From: Ruminococcus sp.
GTDB lineage: Bacteria; Bacillota; Clostridia; Oscillospirales; Acutalibacteraceae
Length of the DNA stretch: 64,000 nt
NCBI GenBank assembly: GCA_017404665.1
Contig: JAFRBX010000076.1
Span: forward strand, 52,540 to 116,539
Direction: 5' to 3'
The notes beneath the pieces were generated by a model. That model was not told the DNA's origin and searched no databases. It worked only from the letters and a program-made list of their open reading frames with translations. This document shows, piece by piece, positions 1 through 9,356 of the stretch. Within the stretch, counting starts at the first letter, position 1; each line of letters opens with the position of its first letter. The position numbers were made by a program, and so were the translations under genes.

Positions 1-1
1 C

Positions 2-1150
2 AAGGTTACCGGCTGGAATGCGGGCGACAATCCTGTCACTCCCGATCCGACTGAACCCGATAATCCCGATCCTACTACTCCTGATAACCCCGTACCCGCA
101 GGCTCCTTCCTGCTGACCGACAACTTCGGTTGGGGCACCGCATATGTTTACGCATGGGATGATAACGGCAACGAGTTGTACGGCGAGTGGCCCGGCGCGA
201 ATCAGGCTGAGACCCGCGTCAATGAGTACGGCGAGACCCAGTTTGTATGCGTTGTTCCCGAAGGCGCGACCGGCGTTATCCTGAATAACGGCGCAGGCGC
301 TCAGACAGAAGATATCACCGACTTCTCTTATGACGGCTACTGGATGGACGGCACCCAGAATGAGCTCGGTCACTACAAGGTTACCGGTTGGAACGCCGGC
401 GATACCCCTGTAACCCCCGATCCCACCGAGCCTGACACTCCCGATCCTACCGAGCCCGATAATCCTGTGATCGGCGGCGAAGGCGGCACCATCATCTTCA
501 CCAACAACAAGGGCTTCAGCACTGTTAACATCTATTATTGGTCCGATTCTTCAACACCTGTTGAATGGCCCGGCGTTGCGATGACCTCTATCGGTCAAAA
601 CGAGTACGGCGAGGAGCGCTTCACCTTCACGATGCCCGAGGGTATGACTAATTATATCATCACCGACGGCAGTCAGCAGACGGTCGATATCCCGTTCACC
701 GGTTCTACAGGCGTTTATATGCTGGATACTACTGATGCTCAGGGTCATTATAATGTTGACTTCTACGAGATCGATCCCGATAATCCTGTTACTCCTGTCA
801 CTCCCGATCCTACCGAGCCTGATAATCCGGATGAGCCTATTACTGATGAGGTAACATTCCTGCTCACCGATAACTTCGGTTGGGGCGCTGCATACGTGTA
901 CGCTTGGGATGCTGACGGCAATGCGATTAACGGCGAGTGGCCCGGCGCTGCTCAGGCTGAGACCGTCACCAACGATTACGGCGAGACACAGTTCAAATGC
1001 ACGGTTCCCGCAGGAGCTGTCGGCGTTATCCTCAATAACGGCAACGGCGCTCAGACCGAGGATATCACTGACTTTGGTACCTACACCGGTTACTGGATGG
1101 ACGGTTCCAAGAATGATCTCGGCCATTACAAGGTCACCGGCTGGAATTGA
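2..1150 (+). CDS. 3' part of a secreted multi-CBM26 starch-binding protein (amylosome-type), 5'-truncated by the window
   Basis: The frame is open from base 2. It shows repeated ~90-aa modules (FLLTDNFGWG.AYVYAW...GEWPG...GYWMDG...HYKVTGWN twice in full plus one tail, and one variant IIFTNNKGFSTVNIYYW...EWPG) separated by PTEPDNP linkers. Y-W and WPG motifs are typical of CBM26. Confidence 0.8.
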   Translation, partial: KVTGWNAGDNPVTPDPTEPDNPDPTTPDNPVPAGSFLLTDNFGWGTAYVYAWDDNGNELYGEWPGANQAETRVNEYGETQFVCVVPEGATGVILNNGAGAQTEDITDFSYDGYWMDGTQNELGHYKVTGWNAGDTPVTPDPTEPDTPDPTEPDNPVIGGEGGTIIFTNNKGFSTVNIYYWSDSSTPVEWPGVAMTSIGQNEYGEERFTFTMPEGMTNYIITDGSQQTVDIPFTGSTGVYMLDTTDAQGHYNVDFYEIDPDNPVTPVTPDPTEPDNPDEPITDEVTFLLTDNFGWGAAYVYAWDADGNAINGEWPGAAQAETVTNDYGETQFKCTVPAGAVGVILNNGNGAQTEDITDFGTYTGYWMDGSKNDLGHYKVTGWN

Positions 1151-1192
1151 TTATATCTCTTTCGTATCAGTTTAATAGTGATTAAATAATGA

Positions 1193-1218
1193 AGGGGACA
1201 GACTTCGGTCTGTCCCCT
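1193..1218 (+). terminator. Intrinsic terminator hairpin
   Basis: AGGGGACAGAC-TTCG-GTCTGTCCCCT, a perfect 11-bp stem after the CBM26 gene. Confidence 0.75.
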
Positions 1219-1241
1219 GATGTACTGTTGGAGGTTTCTCT

Positions 1242-1853
1242 ATGCATATCCCGTTATCCGATACCGTTGATATCGAAGTGCTGACCTTCGCTGACGCGAT
1301 GATCAGTACCAATGACGCATATGATAAAAGCCGCTGGCTGTATGTGCCGGATTTTTACAGCGAATACCGTTATATCCTCGGCACAAGAGGCGATAAACCG
1401 CTGATCTGCATCGGCGTCAATCCGTCTACCGCGGCACCCGATAATCTGGATAATACCCTTAAATCTGTCGAGCGAATCGCACATGCCAACGGCTATGACA
1501 GCTTCATCATGTTCAACGTTTACGCGCAGCGCGCGACGAATCCCGATGATATGGAGCAGGATTGTAACGTTTTGCTTCACAAAGAGAACATGAAGGCGTT
1601 TGATTATATTCTGGGACTGAGCGAGAAACCTTCGGTATGGGCGGCATGGGGCAATATCATCGAAAAGCGTCGGTATCTGCCCGACTGTGTCCGCTCTATG
1701 ATTGCGCTCGGCACAAAGCACCGCGCGAAGTGGTATTCCGCCGGCAAGATTTCAAAGAAAGGGCATCCTCATCACCCGCTCTATCTGAAGAAGGATACAC
1801 CGCTTGACCCTTTCGATGTGGCAGCATATATTGAAGTGATCAGTGGTCAGTGA
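1242..1853 (+). CDS. DUF1643 family protein
   Basis: Motifs YRYILG, IGVNPSTA, FIMFNVYAQRAT.P, WAAWG, GHPHHPLY. Confidence 0.8.
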   Translation: MHIPLSDTVDIEVLTFADAMISTNDAYDKSRWLYVPDFYSEYRYILGTRGDKPLICIGVNPSTAAPDNLDNTLKSVERIAHANGYDSFIMFNVYAQRATNPDDMEQDCNVLLHKENMKAFDYILGLSEKPSVWAAWGNIIEKRRYLPDCVRSMIALGTKHRAKWYSAGKISKKGHPHHPLYLKKDTPLDPFDVAAYIEVISGQ

Positions 1854-1901
1854 TTAGTGTTCGGTTGCCGGTGATCGTTATACCAATGATTATCATATAT
1901 C

Positions 1902-1932
1902 AAAAGCCCGTCTGATGATCAGGCGGGCTTTT
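1902..1932. terminator. Bidirectional intrinsic terminator
   Basis: AAAAGCCCG...CGGGCTTTT between convergent genes. Confidence 0.75.
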
Positions 1933-1954
1933 GTCATTGGGAGATATCAGCTTA

Positions 1955-2386
1955 TTACAGCTTTTCCATATCCTCTTCGGTAACCAGCTTGATGCCGTTT
2001 TCGACAAGGATCTTTTCGGTTTCCTCGTTGTTTTCTACACGAAGAACCACATATGCGAACTGCTTGCTGACAGTGATGAACGCATACATGTATTCAATGT
2101 TGATATTGTTGTCCGCAAGGGTCTTCACTACCTTGGCGAGGGAGCCGGGTTTGTCCTCCAAAGCGACTGCGACAACCTCGGTGATGGAAACAAAGGCGTT
2201 GGCTTCATCAAGCGCCTGCTTTGCTTTTACGGTATCGGTAACGATCAGGCGGAAAATGCCGAAATCGTTGGTATCGGCTACGCTCATCGCGCGGATATCG
2301 ACGCCTGCCTTAGCGATCGCGTCGGTGACGGTGACGAGGGTGCCTTCACGGTTTTCTACAAAGATGGATAATTGTTTGATAGCCAT
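1955..2386 (-). CDS. Tandem ACT-domain protein (amino-acid-binding, PaaK-associated)
   Basis: IKQLSIFVENREG...DKPGSLAKVV...NINIEYMYAF, the typical double ACT found next to paaK/ior. Confidence 0.85.
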   Translation of the reverse strand: MAIKQLSIFVENREGTLVTVTDAIAKAGVDIRAMSVADTNDFGIFRLIVTDTVKAKQALDEANAFVSITEVVAVALEDKPGSLAKVVKTLADNNINIEYMYAFITVSKQFAYVVLRVENNEETEKILVENGIKLVTEEDMEKL

Positions 2387-2479
2387 ATTCTTCTACTCCT
2401 TTACTTTATGTTGTGAAGCTCAACTGAGCTATGACGAGCTCAAGCTGAAAACAGTCAATGTAAGAAAAAGTCGCGCGTA

Positions 2480-3808
2480 TCAGATATTGATACCGATCTT
2501 TTTACGGTTGTCGATCACTCGGACAGCCTTGCCTTCGCTGCGGGTGATGGACTTGGGAGCGACGAGGCGGATCGTGGGATTGATGCCCAGCATTTCCTTC
2601 ATCGCCGACTGGATCTTCTTCTCTTTCTTTGTGATGACCTTCGGCGTGTCGGAGAAGTCCTCAGGCAGCATCTCGACCTGGATCTCAAAGGTATCGGTGT
2701 TGTTGACACGGTCGACAAGGATCAGATAGTTCGGCGCATAGCCGAGGTTCAGCAGAACAGCTTCGATCTGGCTCGGGAATACGTTGACGCCGCGGATGAT
2801 CATCATGTCGTCGCTCCGTCCCATCGGCTTCTTCATCTTGATGAAGGTTCTGCCGCAGGAGCACTTCTCGCGGGTGAGAATTGTGATATCACGGGTGCGG
2901 TAACGCAGCAGCGGGAAGGCTTCCTTATCGAGAGAGGTGAAGACCAGCTCGCCCTTTGAGCCTTCGGGCAGTACCTCGCCGGTATCGGGATCGATGATCT
3001 CAGCGTAGAAATGGTCCTCGTTGATGTGCATACCGGTCTGTTCTTCACATTCAAAGGATACGCCGGGACCGCTGGTTTCGGTCAGTCCGTAGATGTCATA
3101 CGCCTTAATGCCGAGGGATTTCTCGATATCCCTGCGCATTTCCTCTGTCCAAGGCTCCGCGCCGAAGATGCCCGCCTTGAGCTTGTTATCCTCCGGCTTG
3201 TAGCCCTTTTCCTTCAGGCTTTCGCCGATATAGGCGGCGTAGGAGGGAGTGCAGCAGAGGATGGTAGCATTCAGATCCATCATGAACTGGATCTGGCGGT
3301 TGGTGTTGCCGCTGGACATCGGAAGCGTCAGGCTGCCGACTTTATGAGAGCCGCCGTTGAGTCCCGGACCGCCGGTGAACAGACCGTAGCCGTAGCAGAC
3401 CTGTACGACGTCCTCGTTGCTGCCGCCCGCGGCGACGATCGCTCTGGCACAGCATTCCTCCCACATATCGATATCGTTCTGGGTATAGAACGCGACGACA
3501 CGTTTGCCGGTTGTGCCGGAGGTGGACTGGATGCGGACGCAGTTTTTGAGGTCGGTTGCGAGCATGCCGTAGGGATACGCTTCTCTCAGATCATCCTTAG
3601 TGAGGAAGGGCAGCTTGCTGATGTCGCTCAAACAGGTGATATCCTCGGGCTTGACGCCTCTTTCATCCATCAGGTCACGATAGTATTTGACATTGTCATA
3701 CACATACTTGACCTGCTTGATGAGCTTTTCTTCCTGCAGCTTTTTGATGTCTTCCACCTGCATCGTTTCCGCTTCGGGCTGATAATAGTTTTTCTGCATT
3801 TTTTTCAT
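2480..3808 (-). CDS. paaK: Phenylacetate-CoA ligase
   Basis: STSGTTGK P-loop, YGYGLFTGG, DIYGLTE, LLRYRTRD, GRSDDMMIIRGVNVFPSQIE. Confidence 0.9.
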   Translation of the reverse strand: MKKMQKNYYQPEAETMQVEDIKKLQEEKLIKQVKYVYDNVKYYRDLMDERGVKPEDITCLSDISKLPFLTKDDLREAYPYGMLATDLKNCVRIQSTSGTTGKRVVAFYTQNDIDMWEECCARAIVAAGGSNEDVVQVCYGYGLFTGGPGLNGGSHKVGSLTLPMSSGNTNRQIQFMMDLNATILCCTPSYAAYIGESLKEKGYKPEDNKLKAGIFGAEPWTEEMRRDIEKSLGIKAYDIYGLTETSGPGVSFECEEQTGMHINEDHFYAEIIDPDTGEVLPEGSKGELVFTSLDKEAFPLLRYRTRDITILTREKCSCGRTFIKMKKPMGRSDDMMIIRGVNVFPSQIEAVLLNLGYAPNYLILVDRVNNTDTFEIQVEMLPEDFSDTPKVITKKEKKIQSAMKEMLGINPTIRLVAPKSITRSEGKAVRVIDNRKKIGINI

Positions 3809-3843
3809 CCTTTCATTATTTTTTCATATACGCAAACTGTTGA

Positions 3844-4413
3844 TTAACAGTTGTATCCCAAATCAAATGCCTTTTTGTTGATCTCAACAAACTGAGGCTT
3901 GACGATCTTTTCAATCGCCGCAAGCCATTTTTCTTTCGGCATATCAAAGTATTTAGCAAGTCGACCCATCAGCACGATGTTGCACGCCTTGGAGGAGCCG
4001 GCTTCGTTTGCCAGCGCCAGCGCGTCGATGTCGTCCACATGGATGCCCTTGTCCTTCATTTCAGAGATGATATCTTCGGGATAGGTCGCCGCGCCGATGA
4101 TGACGGGCATGGGGTCGATCTGCTGGGTGTTGACGATGATCGTGCCGTCCTCTTTGAGGTTCTGCACATAACGCGCCGCCTCGATCTTCTCGAATGATAC
4201 GATGAAATCGGCTTCACCGTTTTCGATAACGGGGGAGTAGACCTTATCGCCGAAGCGGACATAAGTGACCACAGAACCGCCGCGCTGGCTCATACCGTGT
4301 ACTTCGCTGACTTTTACGTCATAGCCTTCGTCTACAAGCAGTCTGCCGAGCAGTTTGGAAGCGAGCAGAGAGCCCTGGCCGCCTACGCCGACGATCATGA
4401 TATTCTTAGTCAT
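3844..4413 (-). CDS. iorB: Indolepyruvate:ferredoxin oxidoreductase beta subunit
   Basis: IMIVGVGGQG, SEVHGMSQRGGSV; start placed at MTKNIMI. Confidence 0.9.
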   Translation of the reverse strand: MTKNIMIVGVGGQGSLLASKLLGRLLVDEGYDVKVSEVHGMSQRGGSVVTYVRFGDKVYSPVIENGEADFIVSFEKIEAARYVQNLKEDGTIIVNTQQIDPMPVIIGAATYPEDIISEMKDKGIHVDDIDALALANEAGSSKACNIVLMGRLAKYFDMPKEKWLAAIEKIVKPQFVEINKKAFDLGYNC

Positions 4414-6154
4414 TACAGGGCACCTCGCTTTCAAACGCGTCAAAGGGACAGAGCTGAGCGCATACGCCGCAGCCGACGCAAAGGGTTGTATCCACAACGG
4501 CGTGACCGTCGCGGAAGGAGATGGACGGACAGCCGAATTTCATGCATTTCTTGCAGCCGCGGCACTTTTCGGGATTGACCCACAACGGCTTTTTGGGTTT
4601 GACGTACTTTAAGAGTACGCAGGGACGGCGGGAGATGATGACGGAGGGCTCGTTTTTCGCAAGCTCTTCCTTGAGCACCTTCTCACATTCCTCCAGGTTA
4701 TAGGGATCGACAACTCTGACCGAGTTGATGCCGATGCTGTGGCACAGGGCTTCGAGATTTACCTTTCCCGCGGGATCGCCCTTGATATTGTAGCCAGTGG
4801 TGGGATTCTGCTGGTGACCGGTCATACCGGTGATGGAGTTATCGAGGATAATGACAGTGGAGTTGCTCCCATTGTACGCGATATTGACCAGACCCGTGAT
4901 GCCGGAGTGCATAAAGGTCGAGTCGCCGATCACACACACGGTTTTGCTTTCGGTTTCCGCGCCGCCGGCTTTGTTGTAGCCGTGCAGACCGGATACCGAC
5001 GCGCCCATGCAGAGCGTCATGTCCAGCGCGTTCAGCGGCGCTGCGGAGCCGAGCGTGTAACAGCCGATATCGCCGAGCACGGTGATCTTGTTCTTGGACA
5101 GAACGTAGAAGATACCGCGATGCGGGCAGCCGGAGCACATCATCGGAGGACGTACAGGGATGTCGGTGTCGAGACGGAACACGGTTTTATCCGCCAGATC
5201 GAATGCCTGCTCGATGCTCTTCTGGCTGAACTCGCCGAGGATGGAGAATTTGTCCTTCCCGATGACCTCGACGCCGATGTTTTTGCAGTGAGTCTCGATG
5301 ATCGGATCGAGTTCTTCAATGACGTATACCTTGCCGACCTTTGCGGCAAAGTCTTGGATGAGCTTGACAGGAAGAGGATTGATCATGCCGAGCTTGAGGA
5401 CGGAAACGCTGTCGCCGAACGTTTCTTTCACATACTGGTAGGAGGTGGAAGAGGTGATGATACCGAAATCGCGGTTCCCATCACCGTCTTCGATGCGATT
5501 GAGGGGAGAGGTCTCGGCGTATTCGGTCAGCTTCTTGGTGCGTTCCTCCACAAAGGGATGACGGCGGATCGCGTTAGCGGGCGCCATGATATACTTCTGC
5601 GGATTTTTGGAATATTCCTTGGTGACTTCTTTGCGTTCGCCGAGCTCCGCGATGCTTTGGGAGTGTGCGACGCGGGTACACATTTTCAGGAATACGGGGG
5701 TGTCATATTCCTCCGAGATCTCATAAGCGAGCTTGGCAAAATTCAACGCCTCCTGAGAGTCGGAGGGTTCGAGCATCGGGACCTTCGCGGCGATCGCGTA
5801 ATGACGCGAGTCCTGCTCGTTCTGGGAGCTGTGCATGCCGGGATCGTCGGCGACACAGATCACGATACCCGCGTTGACGCCGGTATAGGACATGGTGAAC
5901 AGCGGGTCGGCGGCGACGTTCAGACCGACGTGCTTCATACAGCACGCGGAGCGTTTGCCTCTGAGAGCGGCGCCGAAAGCCGCCTCCATTGCTACCTTTT
6001 CATTCGGCGCCCACTCGCAGTAGACGTCGTCGTATTTCGAAAAAAATTCGGTGATCTCTGTGCTGGGAGTGCCGGGATAACTGGAGATCACGGCGCAGCC
6101 CGCTTCATACAGTCCGCGGGCGATAGCCTTGTTACCAATCATGAGTTCTTTCAT
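4406..6154 (-). CDS. iorA: Indolepyruvate:ferredoxin oxidoreductase alpha subunit
   Basis: SYPGTPSTE, SQNEQDSR, RPPMMCSGCPHR, GDIGCYTL, IGDSTF TPP motif, C-terminal 2x[4Fe-4S] (CRGCKKC, CVGCGVC). Confidence 0.92.
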   Translation of the reverse strand: MKELMIGNKAIARGLYEAGCAVISSYPGTPSTEITEFFSKYDDVYCEWAPNEKVAMEAAFGAALRGKRSACCMKHVGLNVAADPLFTMSYTGVNAGIVICVADDPGMHSSQNEQDSRHYAIAAKVPMLEPSDSQEALNFAKLAYEISEEYDTPVFLKMCTRVAHSQSIAELGERKEVTKEYSKNPQKYIMAPANAIRRHPFVEERTKKLTEYAETSPLNRIEDGDGNRDFGIITSSTSYQYVKETFGDSVSVLKLGMINPLPVKLIQDFAAKVGKVYVIEELDPIIETHCKNIGVEVIGKDKFSILGEFSQKSIEQAFDLADKTVFRLDTDIPVRPPMMCSGCPHRGIFYVLSKNKITVLGDIGCYTLGSAAPLNALDMTLCMGASVSGLHGYNKAGGAETESKTVCVIGDSTFMHSGITGLVNIAYNGSNSTVIILDNSITGMTGHQQNPTTGYNIKGDPAGKVNLEALCHSIGINSVRVVDPYNLEECEKVLKEELAKNEPSVIISRRPCVLLKYVKPKKPLWVNPEKCRGCKKCMKFGCPSISFRDGHAVVDTTLCVGCGVCAQLCPFDAFESEVPCND

Positions 6155-6259
6155 TTTTTCACCTGTTTTGACATTTGATTCTTGTTTGTCCCGCCGTTGA
6201 TGTGCGTCAGTGACCTGAATACTTTTCAAAAGGCGGAACGGGGTGCAGCTTCAAGCTGC

Positions 6260-7561
6260 TTATTCGTTTCTTAAATCGACAATGCGCTTTGCTTTGCCTT
6301 GGAATCTTTCCAGTGTCTTAGGCGCAACCAAAGTTACTTTTGTTCTCAGACCGAGGATCGACTGCAGCTTCGCTTCGATGCTCTTCTTCAAGCCGTCGAG
6401 CATCTGATAGTTTTCGAGCAGCGCTTCGTTGATGACCTCGACCTTGATCTCTAAGCTGTCGCGGTAATTCTGACGGGTGATATACAGCATATAATGCGGC
6501 GCGATATCGGGGATGTTGATCAGGATGTTCTCGATCTGGGTAGGGAAGACATTGACGCCCTTGATGATCAGCATATCGTCGGTTCTGCCCATGGTCTTTG
6601 CCATTCTGCAGTGCGTTCTGCCGCAGGAGCAGGGCTGGTAGCTGAGCTTGGTGATATCCTTGGTGCGGTAACGGAGCACCGGCATGCCCCTGCGGGTCAG
6701 GGTGGTGACGACCAGCTCGCCGATCTCGCCTTCGCCCAGACGCTCACCGGTATCGGTGTTGATGATCTCAGGCAGGAAATGATCCTCGGCAAAGTGCATG
6801 CCGTCGCGCGCTTCACAGTCGCCGGAAACACCGGGACCGCCGAGCTCGGTCATGCCGTAGTTGTCGGATACGCGGATGTTGAAATTGCGCTCGATCTGTT
6901 CGCGCATGGACACAGTGCAGGGCTCGGAGCCTAAGATGCCCAGCCGCAGGCTGTAGTCAGAAAGCGGATAGCCTGCTTCTTTCACTGCCTCCGAGAGATA
7001 CAGCGCGTAGGAGGGAGTCGCGACCATGCCGGTTACGCCCCAGTCGCGCAGCATCATCAGCTGCTTTGGGGTGTTGCCCGAAGAAGCGGGGATGACGGTC
7101 GCGCCGAGCTTTTCCATACCGTAGTGCAGACCCAGAGCGCCGGTGAACAGACCGTAGCCGAAGCTGATCTGAATGATATCGTCGGGGGTAACGCCGCCCG
7201 CGCACGCGACTCGCGCCACACAGTCGGACCAGATATCGAGGTCTTCCTTGGTATATACGCCGGTGGTGGGTTTGCCGGTGGTGCCGGAGGAGGCGTGGAT
7301 ACGCACGATGTCCTTCATGTCGGCAGCCATCAGACCGAAGGGATAATTATCCCTGAAATCATCCTTCGTGGTGAAGGGGATATATTGGATGTCGGATAAT
7401 TCCTTGATCTTGGAGCCGTCGAGCACGCCGCAGTCCGTCAGACGCTGATGGTAGAGCGGTACGTTGTCATAGCAGTACTTGACCACCCATTTCAGCCTTT
7501 CGAGCTGGATCGCCTCGATTTCTTTTCTGGGCAGAGTTTCAATGTCTTTTTGAAAAATCAT
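6260..7561 (-). CDS. paaK: Phenylacetate-CoA ligase, second paralogue
   Basis: HASSGTTGKP, FGYGLFTG, DNYGMTE, YRTKD, GRTDDMLIIKGVNVFP. Confidence 0.9.
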   Translation of the reverse strand: MIFQKDIETLPRKEIEAIQLERLKWVVKYCYDNVPLYHQRLTDCGVLDGSKIKELSDIQYIPFTTKDDFRDNYPFGLMAADMKDIVRIHASSGTTGKPTTGVYTKEDLDIWSDCVARVACAGGVTPDDIIQISFGYGLFTGALGLHYGMEKLGATVIPASSGNTPKQLMMLRDWGVTGMVATPSYALYLSEAVKEAGYPLSDYSLRLGILGSEPCTVSMREQIERNFNIRVSDNYGMTELGGPGVSGDCEARDGMHFAEDHFLPEIINTDTGERLGEGEIGELVVTTLTRRGMPVLRYRTKDITKLSYQPCSCGRTHCRMAKTMGRTDDMLIIKGVNVFPTQIENILINIPDIAPHYMLYITRQNYRDSLEIKVEVINEALLENYQMLDGLKKSIEAKLQSILGLRTKVTLVAPKTLERFQGKAKRIVDLRNE

Positions 7562-7619
7562 TTCTATAATCCTCTTTTCATTTTCATACGCTATCAATTT
7601 AAAGCGTACATACAGATAT

Positions 7620-7648
7620 ATTATAGCGCAAAAGAAGTCTAAAGGCAA
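7620..7648 (-). promoter_or_regulatory. sigma-A promoter of the paaK-iorAB unit
   Basis: TTGCCT-N17-TATAAT on the minus strand. Confidence 0.6.
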
Positions 7649-7717
7649 TAGCCGATAGACTCCTTTTGTATTATTTTGTCGTTAATAATTGTGTAAGATT
7701 TCGGGTTCCCGATCCGG

Positions 7718-9295
7718 TTAATCCTCGTCGATAGAGTGCTTGGAGCTGACGATATGCGTCTTTTTATAGCACGAGAAGATGCCTTCGACTCGGTCTTTAT
7801 CCTTTGCGGGAGCGATCAGGGTGATGATCGGGGTGATGATGATGCCCAGCAGCATTGCCGCCATACCGGCGTTGATCGGAGACTGGAAGTAGCTCATGAA
7901 CGGACTGGTGAACTTCACGCATGCCATGTTGCAGATGAAGACAGCGAGAGAGATACCGACGCCCATGATGTAATTGATCCATACAGCGATCTTCGGAACA
8001 CGCTTCATATACAGACCGTACATGAACGGAGCGAGGAACGCGCCGGCGAGAGCGCCCCAGCTGATACCCATCATCTGGGCGATGAAGGTGACCTTTGACT
8101 TCGCCTGAATAATGGCGATGATAGCGGAAACAGCGATGAAGAAGACAATGAAGACGCGCATGATCAGGACCTTCTTTTTCTCATCCATGTTCTTCTTTTT
8201 ATAGATGATCGGGTCGATGAAGTCGATGGTCAGCACGGAGCTGGAGGTCAGCACGAGGCTCGACAGTGTGCTCATGGATGCGGATAGTACGAGGATGACC
8301 ACGATACCGATGAGAACAGGGGAGAGGTTTTCGAGCATAGACGGGATAATGGAGTCATAACCGCCCTCGGGCACGCCGCCTTCACCCGCTGTGCCGAACA
8401 GTCTTCCGAAGCCGCCGAGGAAGTAGCAGCCGCCCGCGACGATGATCGCGAAGATCGTGGATACGATGGTGCCGGTGCTGATGGATTTCTCAGATTTGAT
8501 GGCATAGAACTTCTGCACCATCTGGGGCAGACCCCATGTACCGAGAGAGGTCAGGATAACAACACCGATCAGACCGAAGATGTCAGGACCGAAGAAGGAG
8601 GTATAAGCGCCCTGCATGTCAGTTCCCTGCGCCTGAATCTGTGACAGCAGAGTGACGGTGGAGCCTAAGCCTCCGTTGATCCTCAGTACCGCCCAGATAA
8701 CCGCAACGATACCGACGAGCATAATAAGACCTTGGATAAAGTCGTTGATGGCGGTAGCCATGTAGCCGCCGAGCACAACATAAACCGCTGTCAGGACAGA
8801 CATCGCGATGACGCAGTAGGCATAGGGGATGCCGAACGCCATCTCGAAGAGTCTGGAAAGACCGTTGTACAGAGAAGCGGTGTAGGGAATCAGGAAGATG
8901 AAGATGATGACTGCCGCGGCGATCTTCAGCGCTTTGGAATCGTAGCGCTTCATGAAGAAGTCAGGCATGGTAGCGGAGTCAAGATGCTGTGTCATGACGC
9001 GGGTGCGTCTGCCGAGGATGTTCCATGCCAGCAGCGAGCCGATGAAGGCGTTGCCCAGACCGATCCAGGTGGAAGCCATACCGAACTTCCAGCCAAACTG
9101 ACCGGCGTAGCCGACAAAGATGACCGCCGAGAAGTACGAGGTGCCGAATGCGAAAGCGGTCAGCCACGGACCGACAGAGCGGTTGCCCAGTACAAAGCCG
9201 TTGACGTCTGTGCTTTGCTTTCTGCAGTATACGCCGACGCCGATCATGACGGCGAAGAAGATAACTAAGAAAGCGATTTTGATAAACATGTCCAT
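7718..9295 (-). CDS. Sodium:solute symporter (SSS family)
   Basis: ~13 hydrophobic segments; FVLGNRSVGPW, GTSYFSAVIFVGYAG, AINDFIQG, SMSTLSS. Confidence 0.9.
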   Translation of the reverse strand: MDMFIKIAFLVIFFAVMIGVGVYCRKQSTDVNGFVLGNRSVGPWLTAFAFGTSYFSAVIFVGYAGQFGWKFGMASTWIGLGNAFIGSLLAWNILGRRTRVMTQHLDSATMPDFFMKRYDSKALKIAAAVIIFIFLIPYTASLYNGLSRLFEMAFGIPYAYCVIAMSVLTAVYVVLGGYMATAINDFIQGLIMLVGIVAVIWAVLRINGGLGSTVTLLSQIQAQGTDMQGAYTSFFGPDIFGLIGVVILTSLGTWGLPQMVQKFYAIKSEKSISTGTIVSTIFAIIVAGGCYFLGGFGRLFGTAGEGGVPEGGYDSIIPSMLENLSPVLIGIVVILVLSASMSTLSSLVLTSSSVLTIDFIDPIIYKKKNMDEKKKVLIMRVFIVFFIAVSAIIAIIQAKSKVTFIAQMMGISWGALAGAFLAPFMYGLYMKRVPKIAVWINYIMGVGISLAVFICNMACVKFTSPFMSYFQSPINAGMAAMLLGIIITPIITLIAPAKDKDRVEGIFSCYKKTHIVSSKHSIDED

Positions 9296-9356
9296 TGTGT
9301 ATTTCTCCTTATAACCCTTACGGGATGATTGACGAAATAAGATATCAAAGGGGAGG

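Noticed and set aside
4739-6178. 479-aa plus-strand ORF, and similar long antisense ORFs such as 551-1126, 3011-3847, 10431-11549, 16614-17456, 53518-54714 and 60893-61585
   Set aside because: They are shadows of well-supported genes on the opposite strand, show no recognisable motifs, and are expected from the codon bias.
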